A stretch of 64,000 nucleotides of DNA from Gordius albopunctatus (taxonomy: Eukaryota): the NCBI GenBank assembly GCA_964276515.1, contig OZ193909.1, forward strand, positions 7,874,001-7,938,000. The letters run 5' to 3'. Shown piece after piece: positions 63,362 through 64,000 of the stretch; within the stretch, counting starts at the first letter, position 1; each line of letters begins with the position of its first letter. The position numbers were made by a program, and so were the translations under genes. Under the pieces are notes generated by a model. The model made no database searches. It saw only the letters and a list, made by a program, of their open reading frames with translations, and was not told the DNA's origin.

Positions 63362-64000
63362 ATGTCATCCAATCCAAACGGTAAAGATAAGAGGGAAAGA
63401 TCTTACTCCAGAAGTCGCTCCTTTTCTGGATCTAGAAGCCGATCAGGATCTTATAGATCTTATTCAAGATCAAGGTTGATATATTTAATGTTATAATTTA
63501 TTTATCTTGTAGATCCCCTTCATATGATGATCGTCGAAATTCACGTCATTCAAATTCCCGAAGGGATCGTGGGGCTTTCAGAGATAGGCCTGGATATTCT
63601 CGACCAACTTATGAAGAGCCATCACCTTGTAACTGCTTGGGTGTTTTTGGGTTAAGTTTGTACACCCAGGAACGAGATTTAAGAGACATATTTTCTAAAT
63701 ATGGAAATATTGAAAATGTGGTCATCATCTATGACCATAATGTAATTTTTATTTATAAAATTTTTAAAACTTTTAAAGACTAGAAAATCTAGAGGATTTG
63801 GATTTGTCAGCTTTGAAACAGTTGAAGAAGCCACATATGTAACATAATATAACTGGATTACTAAAATTAATTTAGGCTAAAGAAAAATGTGCTGGTTTGG
63901 AAATTGATGGTCGACGTATTAGAGTGGATTTTTCTGTTACACAAAGAGCTCACACACCAACACCTGGTGTTTATATGGGGAAACCATCATTGTACCTTTA
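63362..64000 (+). CDS. tra2: Transformer-2 (TRA2) SR-like splicing factor, runs off the window end
   Basis: Exons 63362-63474 (RS domain), 63513-63741 ([24 protein letters not shown]), 63779-63838 (SRGFGFVSF), 63876-63991 ([31 protein letters not shown]), the diagnostic Tra2 RRM plus linker. Confidence 0.97.

Overview
AT-rich, repeat-dense eukaryotic (invertebrate-animal-like) genomic DNA with spliceosomal introns, some only 35-38 nt. Host genes I can reconstruct: (1) HGSNAT (minus, 754-~7352), for which I could not find the catalytic exons; (2) a divergent Bicaudal-C-like multi-KH gene (plus, 17860-22452) with no SAM domain and a disrupted middle; (3) a four-exon, 369-aa gene (minus, 35668-39745) whose splice phases join a ZSWIM3-N/FAR1-like (MULE-transposase-type) zinc DNA-binding domain to a complete CDK2AP1 domain, which is the most interesting observation; (4) transformer-2 (plus, 63362 to window end). 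The rest is a layered transposon landscape: many hAT-type MITEs with 8-bp TSDs, an internally deleted hAT, piggyBac remnants and MITEs, two fold-back elements, Helentron/DINE-1-like elements carrying tRNA-like segments, RTE and CRE-like LINE relics, a MADF-BESS relic, and a defective Gypsy LTR element with a nested insertion stack. All calls come from manual reading and remembered family motifs; no database search was run.
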